Numbered from the whole stretch's first letter, positions 26,294-40,064 are shown. The stretch is DNA of 63,963 nt, filler included, from Craspedostauros australis (GCA_030167865.1; 16 parts of 16 records of this genome joined end to end with filler, not necessarily neighbours in it), one strand, 5' to 3'. Numbers and translations: made by a program. The notes: generated from the letters alone by a model not told the origin.

Positions 26294-27002
26294 TGTGCGC
26301 TGCCTTGGAAGGCTCTTGTTGTTGTTTGGTTCCTGCTTCACGTCGTCACGTGATGCAGTTGGTTCGTTGCTGATGGGATCAGCTTGGTGGGTTGGAGGTG
26401 TTTCACGCAGTCAGGTCAGGACGTAGTGCTTGCGACTGTTAATCTATTATCTCGTTACTGTACACAGCGAAATCACACGAGTCCTTCAAGAGAGATCAAG
26501 TCTTTCAGGACGAGGGCGACGAGCTGTGGAGTGAAGACACTGTTTGGGTTGAGTGACTTCTGTTTCTATGTTATCTTCATTGAGTTGTATCTCATGTTGC
26601 TGTCTTCAAGGTCAGCTCTCGGTCATTGCACCTCTGCGATCTTGTTCTGATGTGGAGATGACCCATGATNTGGCGATGATGTCTTCTGTGTCGACGTCAC
26701 TCATCACCGTTCCATGGCTCTGTCGATTCCACATTCCATTGATGATGCTTGAGGTCGTCGAGTGTGTTGTCATGTCAGGTTTAGTTGGGAAGTATATCAG
26801 GTTGAATTGGACATCACCTGTTTGCCGGGTGGTGGCCAGACCGAATCTCTGATGTTCCCTAGTGTGTCCCTTATGCCGAAATTCATGTGTCTGAGTAAAG
26901 CANNNNNNNNNNNNNNNNNNNNNNNNNNNNNNNNNNNNNNNNNNNNTTAATTAATTAANNNNNNNNNNNNNNNNNNNNNNNNNNNNNNNNNNNNNNNNNN
27001 NN

Positions 27003-28333
27003 ATCTTGTGATACCAGCTTCTGTTGGTGTCAACAATTGGTGTAGGAGGAGTGGGGGGCTGTGTGTGCAGGGTTTGGTTGCTGCCTATACATGTGGAGCA
27101 GCTCAAAGTTGCAGACCGACTTGAGGGAGAGCAGCCGCTGGCCGTTGCACTCATGAGAGATTCATATCGGCTCTGGATGAGATCGTCTTCGCTGTCACTG
27201 ATATTCTCATCTTCCGAGTCAGTGGCATTGGTTGTATCAGAAGCAACGGCATTCCTCACAGCTGAGAAGTGAATGTGGTTCCACACAACTTCATATCGTG
27301 CTCGTGTCATGTACTTTGTGAGCAGGTGGGATGGTACACCAATGGACGGGGCGCGCCAATAATCCCGCTTGGCTGGTGCCTTGAAGACTCCCATGTAGTA
27401 GTAGATTGCAAGGAAGAGGTAGATCTCCTTCACTGAAANNAAGCTGGCCGTGGATCCACTGTTGAAGATATGGTTGTTGGTGTGGACTTGCATGGACTTG
27501 ATGAGTTGCCGTGAGAAGTAAACCTCCAGGATGGTATCAACTGATGGGTTGAAACATCCAACTGACCGGAAGAGTGGCTTGTGCGAACTGATGGGGAGTG
27601 GTGCATAGGCAACATTGCTGTTGGCTCCATGCACAGGAATGGCTGTGCCATCCACAGCAGTTGCTCCATCAGGAGCCATGGCAACACCAGTCGAAGTGGT
27701 GCGGTCTGCATCCATTGCTCCATTGTTGCTGGCCGTGCCATCATTGCTGGCCATTGCTCCATTGTTGCTGGCCGTGCCATCATTGCTGCTGGCTGTGCCA
27801 TCATTGCTGGCTGTGCCATTGTTGCTGGCCGTGCCATCATTGCTGGCCATGCCATCGTTGCTGTTGTTGGTTGCAATCGGGCCACTCCTCTTGTTTTTTC
27901 TTCCGCACCTCAATGCAAGTTTGCGTTTGAGGCACTCGATAATGCGACTGCTGCGCCTGTTGCTTTCGAGTATGCTTGCAGTGCTGCTGACAGTGGTGGT
28001 ACCAGCCACACTGATGCAGGCACTGTTGCCATTGCATACTCCCTTGCTGCTTGCGGTTGGTGCTCCTGCGGAACGGTCTCCNGTCACTCCATTGGTAGCA
28101 TGAAGGGATTTTTTCCGATTGCTGTTGAGGAATACCACGAAGGGTTTGGCGCAATTGTAGCTTGCCGTGCCATTGGAAGAAGGCTTGGATACTTTGGCAC
28201 GCTTGGATGTGGGAGAAGCCGGAGATGATGTAGGCATGGCCGCGGGTGCATGAGATTGGCTGTGCTTGTGTTGTGATGGGCGATCGATGATGTGGAATGG
28301 TTGGAATTGCGATTGCAATTTTGTGATCACCAA
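27003..28333 (-). mobile_element. piggyBac-like transposase, N-terminal fragment
   Basis: EIYLFLAIYYYMGVFKAPAKRDYW...MTRARYEVVWNHIHF...RSWYHK, homologous to 32441-34769. Contains 18-bp repeats encoding ASN(D/N)GT at about 27713-27860. Confidence 0.8.
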
Positions 28334-31300
28334 TCGCGATGATCTCTTCGACGGTGCAAAGAAACAATCAAAGAGATTGCGTGCAACGAAGAATGATCCA
28401 TGAGCGATGAGCCACAGAGATCATCAGCGAAGCAATGTGTTGGCAGGTATTCATGGAGCTGTATGAACACGCATGCCAAGTGATGCATGTGAAAACGGCG
28501 ATCGAGTTGAGNNNNNNNNNNNNNNNNNNNNNNNNNNNNNNNNNNNNNNNNNNNNTTAATTAATTAANNNNNNNNNNNNNNNNNNNNNNNNNNNNNNNNN
28601 NNNNNNNNNNNGACTGAGGAGGTTCATGGCACCTCCAAGACTGATCTTGCTTCTTGGAACAACAATGATGCATGCAGCAAATCCGATCATTGCAGCAATG
28701 CGATCTTGCCAAATTTGATGGGATTGATGAGCTTGTATCTGAGCCAAGATGCTCAGGTACATTCACTCACCAAGACAGTAGACATGTATGTTCATGTGCA
28801 CATAAGGAGGATGACAAGCAGGGCCTGACATCCATCCTTCAACTCATTACCATCTTCAGATACCAAGACAGGTATCTGAGCGCCGTTGGGAGTTGCGGGA
28901 AATGAGGTCAACAGAGAAAGAGAAAACGGTTCATGACCAAAAAGTCTCATGCGTGACCTGAAACAGTCTACGGAGAACAAGACTAGACATAGACTAAGGT
29001 GAATATAGACTTTTGATCTGATAGACCAGCCACATGAACTTGTTCGTGTTGCGCGAGACAAATTAATGGTGCTGAAAGCAGACAGGCCAGATCTTGCTTC
29101 AATTTATTTCGAGTCACTTGGTGTGTCGATGGATGATCCTCATCTGGATGAGCATATCGCTGTTGGCAGTGGGTCCGAAAAGGGCAAGGACAGGATGGAC
29201 CCTCGCCAGACAAGACTGATCTGTCTGAGTTGGGTGGTGGAAACCGCTTGGCTGTTGCTCGGTAAAATCGTCTACTGTGACATTGCTGTTGTTGTTGTCG
29301 GCGTCGAGGTCGACGTTGTTGGTTTCGTTGGTGCTTGTGGGGAAGAGCAAACGCAGCTTTGGAGGGTCCGTACCCGTAGGAGGACAAAGAGAGACGCAAA
29401 ACCACTCCTCGGGCATTTATGTACCAACAAAAACATGGACACGACCACACTATTCGCGCGAAGACCTCAGCATGTCTCAGGCATTAACAGGGATACAAAG
29501 TGGTTGACACATCTTTGAAAGAAGTAACGTCACCCAGCTCCCAGGATTTGGTTTTGTCGGCATTTGGAGGAAATGATGTCATGTTGGCGCTTGTCATAGA
29601 ACGGCAATGGCAGCGTTGAAGGAATTGCCTCGCAAAACAGCATCGGTCACTGACAATAACAAGCGAAGACATACTTCGATTATCTGCCTTCCGTTGTCAT
29701 GGCCCTTGCTTATTGCTCAAAGTGGCATCCTAAACTGCTGAAAGCACTGATAGTTGCGAAAGTCGCATGAAAGAGAATGGTGACGTTCGAACCAAGCAGT
29801 GTATTAAGTGATGTGATTGCGAGTCAAAAATGACGCAGTGGCTTTGGCGGCGGTAGCTAAAGATCCAAATCGAGCACAAAAGACAAACCGCGCTTGATGA
29901 CCGGACCACACCATACTTTGTAGTACGATCCACTCTCACAGCAGAGCCCATGGCAGTGGCGCATGTAAGGCTATTAATGATCATTGACTAGTGGAAGGGG
30001 TGAGATCCACCCTGGATGAACCTGTGATGGCATACATACTACAAAGCGTATCCGAGTAGAACAGACCTGCGGTAGGACAATATCGCACCTTGCTCTTCTT
30101 GCTGCACTGGACAAAGCCCAGGATCGATGTAGAGTATGCGGTCGCCGTCCCTCTCTCTCTCTCTCTCTGGTATCCTTTCGGCTGATGGCATCGAGTGGAC
30201 CTTGCTCTTCAATTGGTCCCTAACAACCAATGCTCTGACGATTGTGTTCCTCCTGAGCACCCGACTTTTGGGCCGCGCATTGCGCCAACGATGTATCTTG
30301 GCGATTAAAGAGGGGCAGGAGTCTCCCTCTACCGCGTCGCAGCCATACAAGTTTCTTCATTGAAGGCGCGACCCGAAGCATCGTGTGCGGAGCACTCTCT
30401 TGTTTCTTCGAATGCTACGCGAGGAAACTGTCACACAATGTCGTCTTGTCATGGGAGTCCAACAGTCGTCGCTGTTGGGATAATGCCAGCCACTGAGGGA
30501 GGGTGCTTTGCGGTATGGTACAAAGCAATATGTATATAATCGTTCTAATGTTACACGTTATACAATGCAACATAATAGCTTGTATCAAGTGCTCCGAAAG
30601 CCCTCGAGACGAAGACTTACCTTATCTCCGTGCTGTGCCAAGCGATTCCTTGCGGCGTACCTCAATATCAGCACAAGCGCAAGCAGTGACAATGCATCCA
30701 ACGGCTGAAATGGACGCTGGATTCGCTGAGATTGCTGACTTTTGTTAGTTGGCTCGGTGAGTTTCGAATCAGTAGTCTTACCACAAGTGCTGACGCAAGT
30801 GTCGCCACAAGCGTTGCCGAAAAGCAAACGAACTCACGAGCCACAAGCCCCAAGTCTTGGTCAGCAGCGAACGCTGGTTTGCGATAGGCGCATTTTGACT
30901 CGAAATGCCCAAAGGAGAACCTCGTTGAGGTCACAGCTGCTTGACAAATCGATTTACGAGAATTTTGACCGACATGCGAAGAGAAGCACCATTCACATTC
31001 TTGCCCCAAAATCGGGCAAGAACAACCAAAAGCAATGCTGCACCAGAACGCAATGACTTCGCTTCAATTCTGCACAAACGACGGACATGTACTAAGTATA
31101 GTACGAGCAACAGATTGCAGAGACTCGACGATGGCCGAAACAGCAACGGCAGCAACTCGAAACGATGACAGCAACAACAAAGGCAATGGTAATGACAACA
31201 AGGATCATCGTCATCACACACCGCAATTTCTTGTGAGCTGATTGCCTTTGTTGATCCAAATAAATGGAAAAGGTTATCGTGAAAAAACTCCTCGAATACC

Positions 31301-32056
31301 AAGAGCTGTCGACCACACTGCCATCGATTGCCACCTCCCTGGCAATAGGGAATGTAACATCATGAACAAGATCAATGTTTGTAAGAGGCAAAGTATCGTC
31401 GCTCTTGACCGGGGTGTGCCAAAGCCTTGTTCTATGACTTCAAAACCAGAAAGGAAGGATGTTGGTGGTTCTTGTTTCTTTGGAACTGATCGTAGAATGG
31501 CATCCGCAGCTGGGATCTTGTTCGATTTCCGTGAGAATCGGTTATGAGCCCCCCGAGTGAGTCGACCACTCGTTTGAAACGGGCATTCTAACTTTTCATC
31601 TTTGATATCCAAACCAAGCACATATTCTTAATCCTTATAATCTTCTTACAAATAATTAACCGATCGATTTTTGATGTATATCCTGTTTTAAGTTTTATGG
31701 ATCGATCTATATGTTCATTCTAGTCGCGTGGATCCAACAGCACAAAACCCGTGGTTTTTCGTCGAAGGTTCTATGCTGTTCCCATGTATTTATCGTGAGG
31801 TGATCAGTCACGGACTTGCTTCCGAAGGTCTCAGTCGTTTGGTACGCGTTAATTACACGTTAGCATGTGGCNNNNNNNNNNNNNNNNNNNNNNNNNNNNN
31901 NNNNNNNNNNNNNNNNNNNNNNNNNNNNNNNNNNNNNNNNNNNNNNNNNNNNNNNNNNNNNNNNCAAAATCGCGCCACACTTTGGCTCCATTCACAACTG
32001 TCCTCGCCAATGCCCTGCACACTCGCCCTTTCGCTCCATGCCCGTTCTTGTCAGAC

Positions 32057-32131
32057 TAGTAGTAGCAGTAGCAGTAGTAGTAGTAGTAGTAGTAGTAGTA
32101 GTTGTTGTTGTTGTTGTTGTTGTTGCTGTTG
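32057..32131. repeat. Compound microsatellite (AGT)n(GTT)n
   Basis: Seen directly in the sequence. Confidence 0.9.
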
Positions 32132-32284
32132 TCAACGAATGGTCCACTCATCATCCCATGCTCTCCTGTCCTCACTTCGGCTCANNNNNNNNNNNNNNNN
32201 NNNNNNNNNNNNNNNNNNNNNNNNNNNNTTAATTAATTAANNNNNNNNNNNNNNNNNNNNNNNNNNNNNNNNNNNNNNNNNNNN

Positions 32285-32428
32285 ATCACACCATCACGGC
32301 ATCACATCATTGCAACATCACAGTGTCACAGAATTGCAGCATCACATCATCACGGCATCACAGCACCGCGGCATCCCAACATTGCAGCATCGCGGCAGTG
32401 CAACATCACAGCATCAGATCACATCAGT
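32285..32428. repeat. Degenerate 8-bp-period repeat (GCATCACA-like) ending just before the piggyBac ATG
   Basis: CATCACGG CATCACAT CATTGCAA CATCACAG ... CATCGCGG ... CATCACAG. Confidence 0.75.
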
Positions 32429-32440
32429 CCAAGTTGCATC

Positions 32441-34769
32441 ATGGTTGATCCCCCAAAGAAGCCATCACGAAAGCGTGCACCCCCCACAGGCACATTGCCA
32501 TCCTTGCCTGCACACAAGCCCCTTGCATATGACGGGTCACCCTACAGCAGCTCACGGCCACATATCATATTCCTGAATGGTGTGCCTTCCTCTGCCATCT
32601 TCTTTGGAGACAACAACAGCACATCTAATTCCGAGCGAAGTCCAACCTACAGAGACTTCCTCGGAAACAATGAATCCTGCAACACCACCAACATCTGGGG
32701 CAATCCTAATCTGCCTGGTTTGGATACCACTGCCTCCTCATTGGACATTGATGCCAACCATCAGCCCTGCCATGATGATGCCACAAATAGCAGCACAGTC
32801 AGCCCCATCCCTTCGCCAACACAAAAATCCTACACCAACAGCAGTACTACACCAGAGTTCTCCACAGACAGCACCACCACGCGAGGAAGCTTGGAGGGTC
32901 GTGCATGCTTCACTGGTGATGAAAGCAACCAGAGAACCATTCCGCAACTGAACTTCCCTCCATTCCCAACACCAACAGATGGGCAATCCAGGCGCAATAC
33001 CGTCGTCTGCTCCAAAGAATCCACCAAGCCACCCTGGGATTCCCGCCATGCAGCCTCCCCAGGGGACAACATCGCCAGTCCTCCGGTACCTCTTCTTCAT
33101 CCCATGGCTCCTCCTCCATACACACTCCTACCCATTGGAAATCACAAGCCAAGATTTGCTGGCATTCGGAATTTGAAGACAACAGTGGAAAGCCTTCTCG
33201 AGATCATTTTTCCACATACCTTGATGGAAAGAATCCAATGGCATTCAAACAATCATCTGCGGAAGAGCGGCAGCATGGCCCCTGCCATCACAATTTCCGA
33301 GCTGTACATATTCGTGGCAATGTACTACTACATGGGAGTATGGAACGCACCGTCAAAAAGGGACTATTGGCGTGGCACCTGTGTATCCGTCCCTACTAAC
33401 ACACTCATGACCCACCTGAGCAGGAATCGATATGACATCATCTTCCAGCACATCCATTTCACTGCAGAGCTTCCAGATGATGACAACGGATCATCAGCAT
33501 CTTCCACCACACCCATCAACTTCGATGTCAATGAAGATGATATGCGGAAGAGTGCAGACAGTACCACCATTGCATCACGAAGTGAGCTATCATCCATCAG
33601 CACAGTTTCATTGAAGGTGAGCAGTGCAGAGTCCAAGGATACCAGAGCCTCCAATACAAAGCCGCCAGCACAAAAGAAGGCCAAGAAGGAGGGCAGCAGT
33701 GTTCAGTTGAGCCGATCATGGTACAGGAAGGTGCAGCCACTCCTCAACCATACCAATCGAGTGGCAAAACGCATCTGTACAAGACCAGGCTCCGCATGTG
33801 CCATCAACGAAATGATGGTGCGGTTCAAAGGTTGTTCCGCACAGACACACAGGATGAAGATGAAGCCAATCAAAGAGGGCTTCAAATTCTTTGCACTTTG
33901 TTGTTCAAGCACTGGGTTCATGTACCATATCCTACCAGCAGGTCGACTTGACAAGACCACAAGAATCAACAACACTGTGGAGGAGTTGATGAATGAACTT
34001 GATCGAAGGCATCATCATGTGGTCACCATGGACAACTTCTTCACCACCAAGATGGTTCTCCAGCGGTCAAGACAGATGGGCATTGGCATCTTGGGCACAG
34101 CACGCAATCGGAACAGATTTCCTCCAAAGGCAGTTAAGGAGGTCAAGGATGACAGGTTCAACAGCCTGTACATCTGGACTGAACCAAATGAGCATGTGGT
34201 GACTCGGTGGGTGGACAACAACATTGTCCTGATGGTGAGCACGGTTCACTATGGACACGAGACAGTTCTTCGTGATTGTCACAAGCCCAGAGAGACACGG
34301 ATCAACAAGAAACATCTGAAGACGGTATGGGGAGATGATTGGAATGCAAGAATCCGCATTCCCAAAATGATCAATGACTACAATCACTGGATGGGTGGGG
34401 TTGACCGATGTGATCAGCTGATCTCATATTATCGTCCAAACATACGCTGCAGGAGGATATGGATGCCACTCATGTTCCATTTCCTGGATATCCTCAGAGT
34501 GAACGCATGGATCAGTCATTGTCATCTGGCAGACAAAGAGGAGAGGTTGCCCCAAAAAGAATTCACGCTGGAGATGGTGGAAGCCCTTGTGAGGAAGTCG
34601 TCCACATGGAGTTCAAAGGGCACAAGATCATCAGAACAGATACCCAGACTGATTGTGACAAGGCACAGAATGAGGGCATCTGCGCCAACCCTCCCAGAAG
34701 CGAGATTGATGGGAGAGGAGGCAGAGCATGAGCAAGTAATTGTGAAAGGAGAATGGGCAAGAACGTGCC
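32441..34769 (+). mobile_element. piggyBac-like DDD transposase, probably inactive (first catalytic Asp reads Asn), 3'-truncated
   Basis: ELYIFVAMYYYMG, RDYW, LSRNRY, AI(N)EMMVRFKG, KPIKEGFK, VTMDNFFT, LGTARNR, WVDNNIV, YNHWMGGVDRCDQ. Confidence 0.9.
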
Positions 34770-35084
34770 NNNNNNNNNNNNNNNNNNNNNNNNNNNNNNN
34801 NNNNNNNNNNNNNTTAATTAATTAANNNNNNNNNNNNNNNNNNNNNNNNNNNNNNNNNNNNNNNNNNNNAACGGCATCACCGTGCAGGAGATTCAGAGTG
34901 CCATCGCTGTGTCGCAGCTCATTCTGCAGCAGCGCATGAAGACGCAGATGAAGATGATGCAGCGGCAGCAGAAGCGCAGTCAGAAGAGCAGGCGGCAGCG
35001 GCGGCAGAGCCATCCAGCCGTTGTCGATGCGATGACGCGTAAGGATATCTTTCTGGAGTGTGCGTAGAGGGCGAGATGGAGCAG

Positions 35085-35998
35085 TGTCAGGAATCGAGGG
35101 TGCGACTATGTCGTATTATCCTAGATTGCCGCACCTCCCATAATACCAAAATTAGACTGACCGATCTATCAAAGTCGGACACNNNNNNNNNNNNNNNNNN
35201 NNNNNNNNNNNNNNNNNNNNNNNNNNNNNNNNNNNNNNNNNNNNNNNNNNNNNNNNNNNNNNNNNNNNNNNNNNNNNNNNNNNNNNNNNNNNNNNNNGGA
35301 TGTAAAAGGGAGACTGGAACACCGAAGTGTTCCAAGCATGAGGGTTGACCGGTTAACCTGAAACATCTATGCGAATGCGCTACCACGGTTGAGTCGCTCA
35401 GAACCCAGAACATGATTACGTGACTGACAGAGAACCAGCGAAGGAGAACAAAGCGCGGACTGGAACAGCATCGAAGGACTACACTGATTGTGCCAGAACT
35501 CCATGTTCTGAGCAAGTGTGAATGTTGATGGACATGTGAGAAGAGTGAGTGAACAACACGGAAGAGTGCACTGAATGAGTGACGGATGTCTGATGAGAAG
35601 AGAGTGAATCGAGCATCGACATGCATGCGCCTCAGGAGTGTAGACTGATCTCTCAACAGCTGAGCATGATGAAATGCACTTGTCATGAGCAATGAAATGG
35701 ACATGACGGAGAGANNNNNNNNNNNNNNNNNNNNNNNNNNNNNNNNNNNNNNNNNNNNNNNNNNNNNNNNNNNNNNNNNNNNNNNTTTGAGAAATGAGTG
35801 TGTTGTTCTCACAGTTCTAAAACGGTACAGTTTAATAAGCATTAGACTATATCTATAACCCCGGATTTCCAACAGAGCAGGGAATGAAATAGGGAGTGCA
35901 ACGGAGAGAGAGGCGCAGCACATTTTTGAAGAGTAACCTCAATAGTTCTACAGTTGTCCATTGAGCAACTACACTACCAGACAACTGTGTTCGTGACA
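35085..35998. repeat. Putative LTR-like segment (TG...CA, ~914 bp including gaps)
   Basis: Starts TGTCAGGAAT and ends GTTCGTGACA (imperfect terminal inverted repeat). The start shares TGTCAGGAATCG and ATTGCCGCACCTCCCA with 63518-63563. No TSD found. Confidence 0.45.
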
Positions 35999-36248
35999 TG
36001 ACTTGCTTAGGACTCTCATGCGTACCGCTGCAGCGCACGAATGTTGATATGGTAGGAACATCTCTAGCATGTTATTACGATAGGTCCCATCCATTGACAG
36101 TATCTTTCATGGTGGAGATCAAAAGGAAAAGCAGAGTGCGGTTTGAGGNNNNNNNNNNNNNNNNNNNNNNNNNNNNNNNNNNNNNNNNNNNNTTAATTAA
36201 TTAANNNNNNNNNNNNNNNNNNNNNNNNNNNNNNNNNNNNNNNNNNNN

Positions 36249-37019
36249 TCCGTTTGGCACTCCGGCCCACATGGTGGTCTTTCCATCGAAGAGGGCGACG
36301 AGGGTGACGGCCATGGCATAGCACAGGATGGCGAGAGAGATGAGGATGCGGCCCCAGTAGAAGAGGTTCTGGGCACCGTCGCGTGGTGGTTCCTTGGACT
36401 CGATTTCCTTGCCTGAGGCCCAGACGAAGAACATCTGGACGAGGTAGCACGAGTGCAGAAGTCCGGAGAACTCGATGGCGAGGGCGACGTAGAGGGTGAA
36501 GACGGCGAAGAAGTTGTTGATGTANNNNNNNNNNNNNNNNNNNNNNNNNNNNNNNNNNNNNNNNNNNNNNNNNNNNNNNGTCATGAGGATCATGGCGGCT
36601 CCGGATCCGAGGAAGATCTGGATGATGATGTCTGGGAGTCCGAAGACTTCGGCATCGGCGAGCGGGGCACCGCACTGGTTGATGGTGAAGACCATGAGGA
36701 GGACCATGAACTGACGTCCCATGAGGTAGCGGTCGAGGTTGTCACCCTTGTGGGCGAGGGAGGTGCACTGGTGGGCGGTTGGGTGGGATTCGACGTAGAG
36801 GTCACGGTCGACTGGTGGGAGACCGACGAGGGAACCCTGTCCTCCCTCAACCATGTTGAGCCAGACAAGGGCCGTGATCATGACGATCAGGGCAACGGCT
36901 GGGTGGACCTCGGACGAGACCTTGGTCTGCTCATTGAAGATGAGTCCGCAGACGATGGTGATCGAGAAGATGAGGAGTCCGGTGGAGTACACCGACTTGA
37001 CGAGCTGAACGGGATCCAT
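36249..37019 (-). CDS. SIT: Silicon transporter (SIT), N-terminal half, truncated by contig end
   Basis: Conserved SIT motifs MVEGGQGSLVGL, YVESHP, KGDNLDRYLMGRQFMV and YINNFFAVFTLYVALAIEFSGLLHSCYLVQ, then ALFDGKTTMWAGVP. Multiple TM helices. Confidence 0.96.
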
Positions 37020-40000
37020 TTTGCTTGTTTGTTTGTTTGCTTGTTTGTTTGTTGTTGTGTTGATACTCTGGTTGTTGCTGTGATTGAGCGTTGCAGAGAT
37101 TGCAAGATTGTGAGATTGTGAGATGAATGAGGAGTGAAGAGTGGAAGTCGATTTGAGTTGACGATCTTTGTTGGTGTTTGGGTGTTGTTTGTGTGGCGTT
37201 TGCGTTGTGGTAGTCCGTTATTGACACCGTCGATACCGTTGACACTGGTCCTCCAATCCTCGTTTCGTTTTGCCGATCACTTGTCCACTCTCGCACGAGT
37301 GTTGTTGTTGGAGTTGTCACCACGCAATTCCTTTCATGGATCTTGTTGAAGTCGAGCGTTGTTGTCATTGTTCTGTGTTGTGTTGGTTGTCATTTGATGT
37401 GTTGGTGCTGATGTCGGGTGTTGAGTTGCTGTTGCGGACAACAGCGTTTCGTGGCAAAATGTGAAGGGAATCGACTTTGGCGACAGCGTGCCCGTCTTTC
37501 CAAGAATAGCCGGCGCGTCGGAACAACCACTCTTTCACGATTGTTCGCTAGTCCCTTTTCGTAGAAACATGGTAGGGCCCACGTGGCGCATCTGCATTAT
37601 TCGCGAAAGGTCGTTCAGCTTTGTGGACGTGCACGCGTGTTTTGTGGGACAAGGGTGCACGCTTATCGCCCGTTGTGGAAGAAGCCGCAGTTTCATTGTC
37701 ATTGCCAAAGATCCAAACTGCAACTAGATGGATCTGCGGTAAATGTATATCAACTGTTTTAACGAAGATGTTGAGGCAGAAAATAGACACAAATCGGCTG
37801 AGAGAGCAGAGTACGCTGCTCCAGTATAGGGATGATGGCAGATGGATCATGAGCACTCGGTGGGGTTAGAATCCGCAATGGTATTTGTCCTGCATAACAG
37901 GCAAATGGATAGTGAGGGAGCGAGGAAGGGTGTGCATGGATTTACACACGGCATCATTCTCTTTTTCTTTCTCATGCCTGGCCACTGCGGAGCTTTGACA
38001 GAGACAAGCGCGGCACCTGTTTGTGTGTAACCTCTCCATCAACGCATAGATAGATTCAGAAGGACCTGTTGTCTGAACCGATTCAGAACGGGCATGGCAC
38101 AGTATTGCGTGGTATGGTGTGGCGTGGGTTGTGAGAAGAACGATTAAACTCGTGCTTTGACTGTTTGACAACTCAATTGTATGAACAGACGACTGGCCGT
38201 ATTCTGCGAACAACCAAACAAGACAGAAACTAACAGACAGACATCCAAACATGATTCAAACCCAAAGAGCATCTTTCACAAGAACAGAAGATCAACCAAG
38301 ATGCCTCCGCAACACTCGCAATGGATGCATGGCGTCATGAAGCGCTCGCTGTCCAATACGCCAGAGACATGGAGTTGTGGCGAGCGTACTCCATGGTGGT
38401 CTCACATCACAACGGAAGTTGCCAGACTGTTGGTACATCCAAGATGTTAGAGTACAAGTGCGAGTGCGAGCACATCATGACAAGCAAGGGAAGAGCTGCG
38501 CTCGTGTCGCACATAGATGGGCAACCGATTGGAAAAGCACACCACTTTGCTGTGATGTTCATAAAGTTCCATTTACAAGCAGGCAGGGCGCACTCGGATC
38601 ACTTTCATGCAAGTATAATATCTGCTTGTTTGTGGAATGATCTACTCCCACTGACACATATCATACATATCATGCATGTAATTTGCACGGTGCCTACTCG
38701 AACCAAGCGATCCCTCCATTTCCATTCGATCAGTGATTGCGCGATCCAACTCGGGTTGTCAGCTGAGCATCCGTGCGCCACGGATCTTTCTCTTTCTGTG
38801 TTTGCTGTTTGTCTTCCATTACTTGGAGCCGCCACAACAGATACCTGGGCGAGGTTACCCATTCGCATCCGTGGAACCCATGTCCCAGATGGCTGTGACT
38901 CGCGGTTGCTCAGATGTTTGCTCCAATCCTCCAACTTTCTCCTCCCTGTTTGTGGCGTCCTCGCGGTTTCGCATAGCAATGAATGGTGCGTCGCGTGGAC
39001 ACGTGCTCTGTTGCGAATTCGACAAGAGGGCGCGGCATCGCCGATAATTCCGTCTGTCCGTCCATCACGACACGTTGTTTCGCGGGAAAGAACGCACAAC
39101 TTTGCTCGATTTGGGCACAGATGTTTGCAAACGACTCAATCGACCACCATTTACCTCGGCACAGATGTGCGTTCCATTTCTTGTGCACGGACGTTCGCGA
39201 ATGATTGATGAAGTCTGTTCATGTCGCAGTGACCCACGTCGACGCGTTGGCTTCGGGGGAAGATGTTCGTGCTTCGTATGAGAGAGTCGTCGAATAGGGG
39301 CGTTCTGGGCCTTTAAATGCCAAACGGGTGCTGTGACCCATCGTTCAATCATCAACGAGCTAAGAGCCACACGCAACCCATGAGTATTTAGAGTAGTGTG
39401 AACGATGTCGATTTACGTATCAAGAGGAACGCAAGTGACGAACTGCCAGCAGGCGCGGCTTCTTCTTGGGTAGAACTGCAATGTGGGTGTTGCTGACGCT
39501 CCTGGTGCATGTTCATCACAGAATCCATGTCATGTGGTCCCAACGCTGCTGGTACCGCTGCAGGTGTGGCTCCTACTCGTACTGCCGTGGAGTGTGGAGT
39601 AGGCGCACTTCCAAGCAGCGACCTCGATTCGTTGGTCCGAGAAACGCAGAAACCGCTGTGATGGTGGCGACCAACGCTCATCAATCACACACGGCAAGCA
39701 GACAGCAACCGCGAAATCAAATCGTTGCTCTCCGCAGCGCTCGCGCAGCGTAGCCTCGGTTTCTCGTCTCAGCATTCACCGCAGTCATCGCAGTCACCGA
39801 TGTACTCTATTCCATTGTACCGTCATAATACACTCTCCATACATACCAATGCTCGTACAAACTCTACGAGCACTCTGCGTACGATCAGCAGCCCACCAGA
39901 CAGACAGACCAATCAGGCAGCCAATTGATCGGTCTCATAAAAATCGTATCGATCAGCTCTCAACACAAACACAGCTCATCAAACCAACCCAAAGCACTCC

Positions 40001-40064
40001 ACAACAAAGCAATCCACAACAAAGCAATCCACAGCAAGACAGACAAGACAGAACCACACGCAAC

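Noticed and set aside
31540..31551. GGTTATGAGCCC, identical to a half-tRNA(iMet)-type PBS
   Set aside because: No LTR end (CA) immediately upstream and no gag downstream; probably chance.
28612..32184. Short ORFs on this contig
   Set aside because: No recognisable domains and many stops; at most unidentifiable gene remnants.
38321..39208. 295-aa ORF between SIT and HSF
   Set aside because: Random-looking composition (Cys/His/Arg-rich) with no domain; treated as intergenic.
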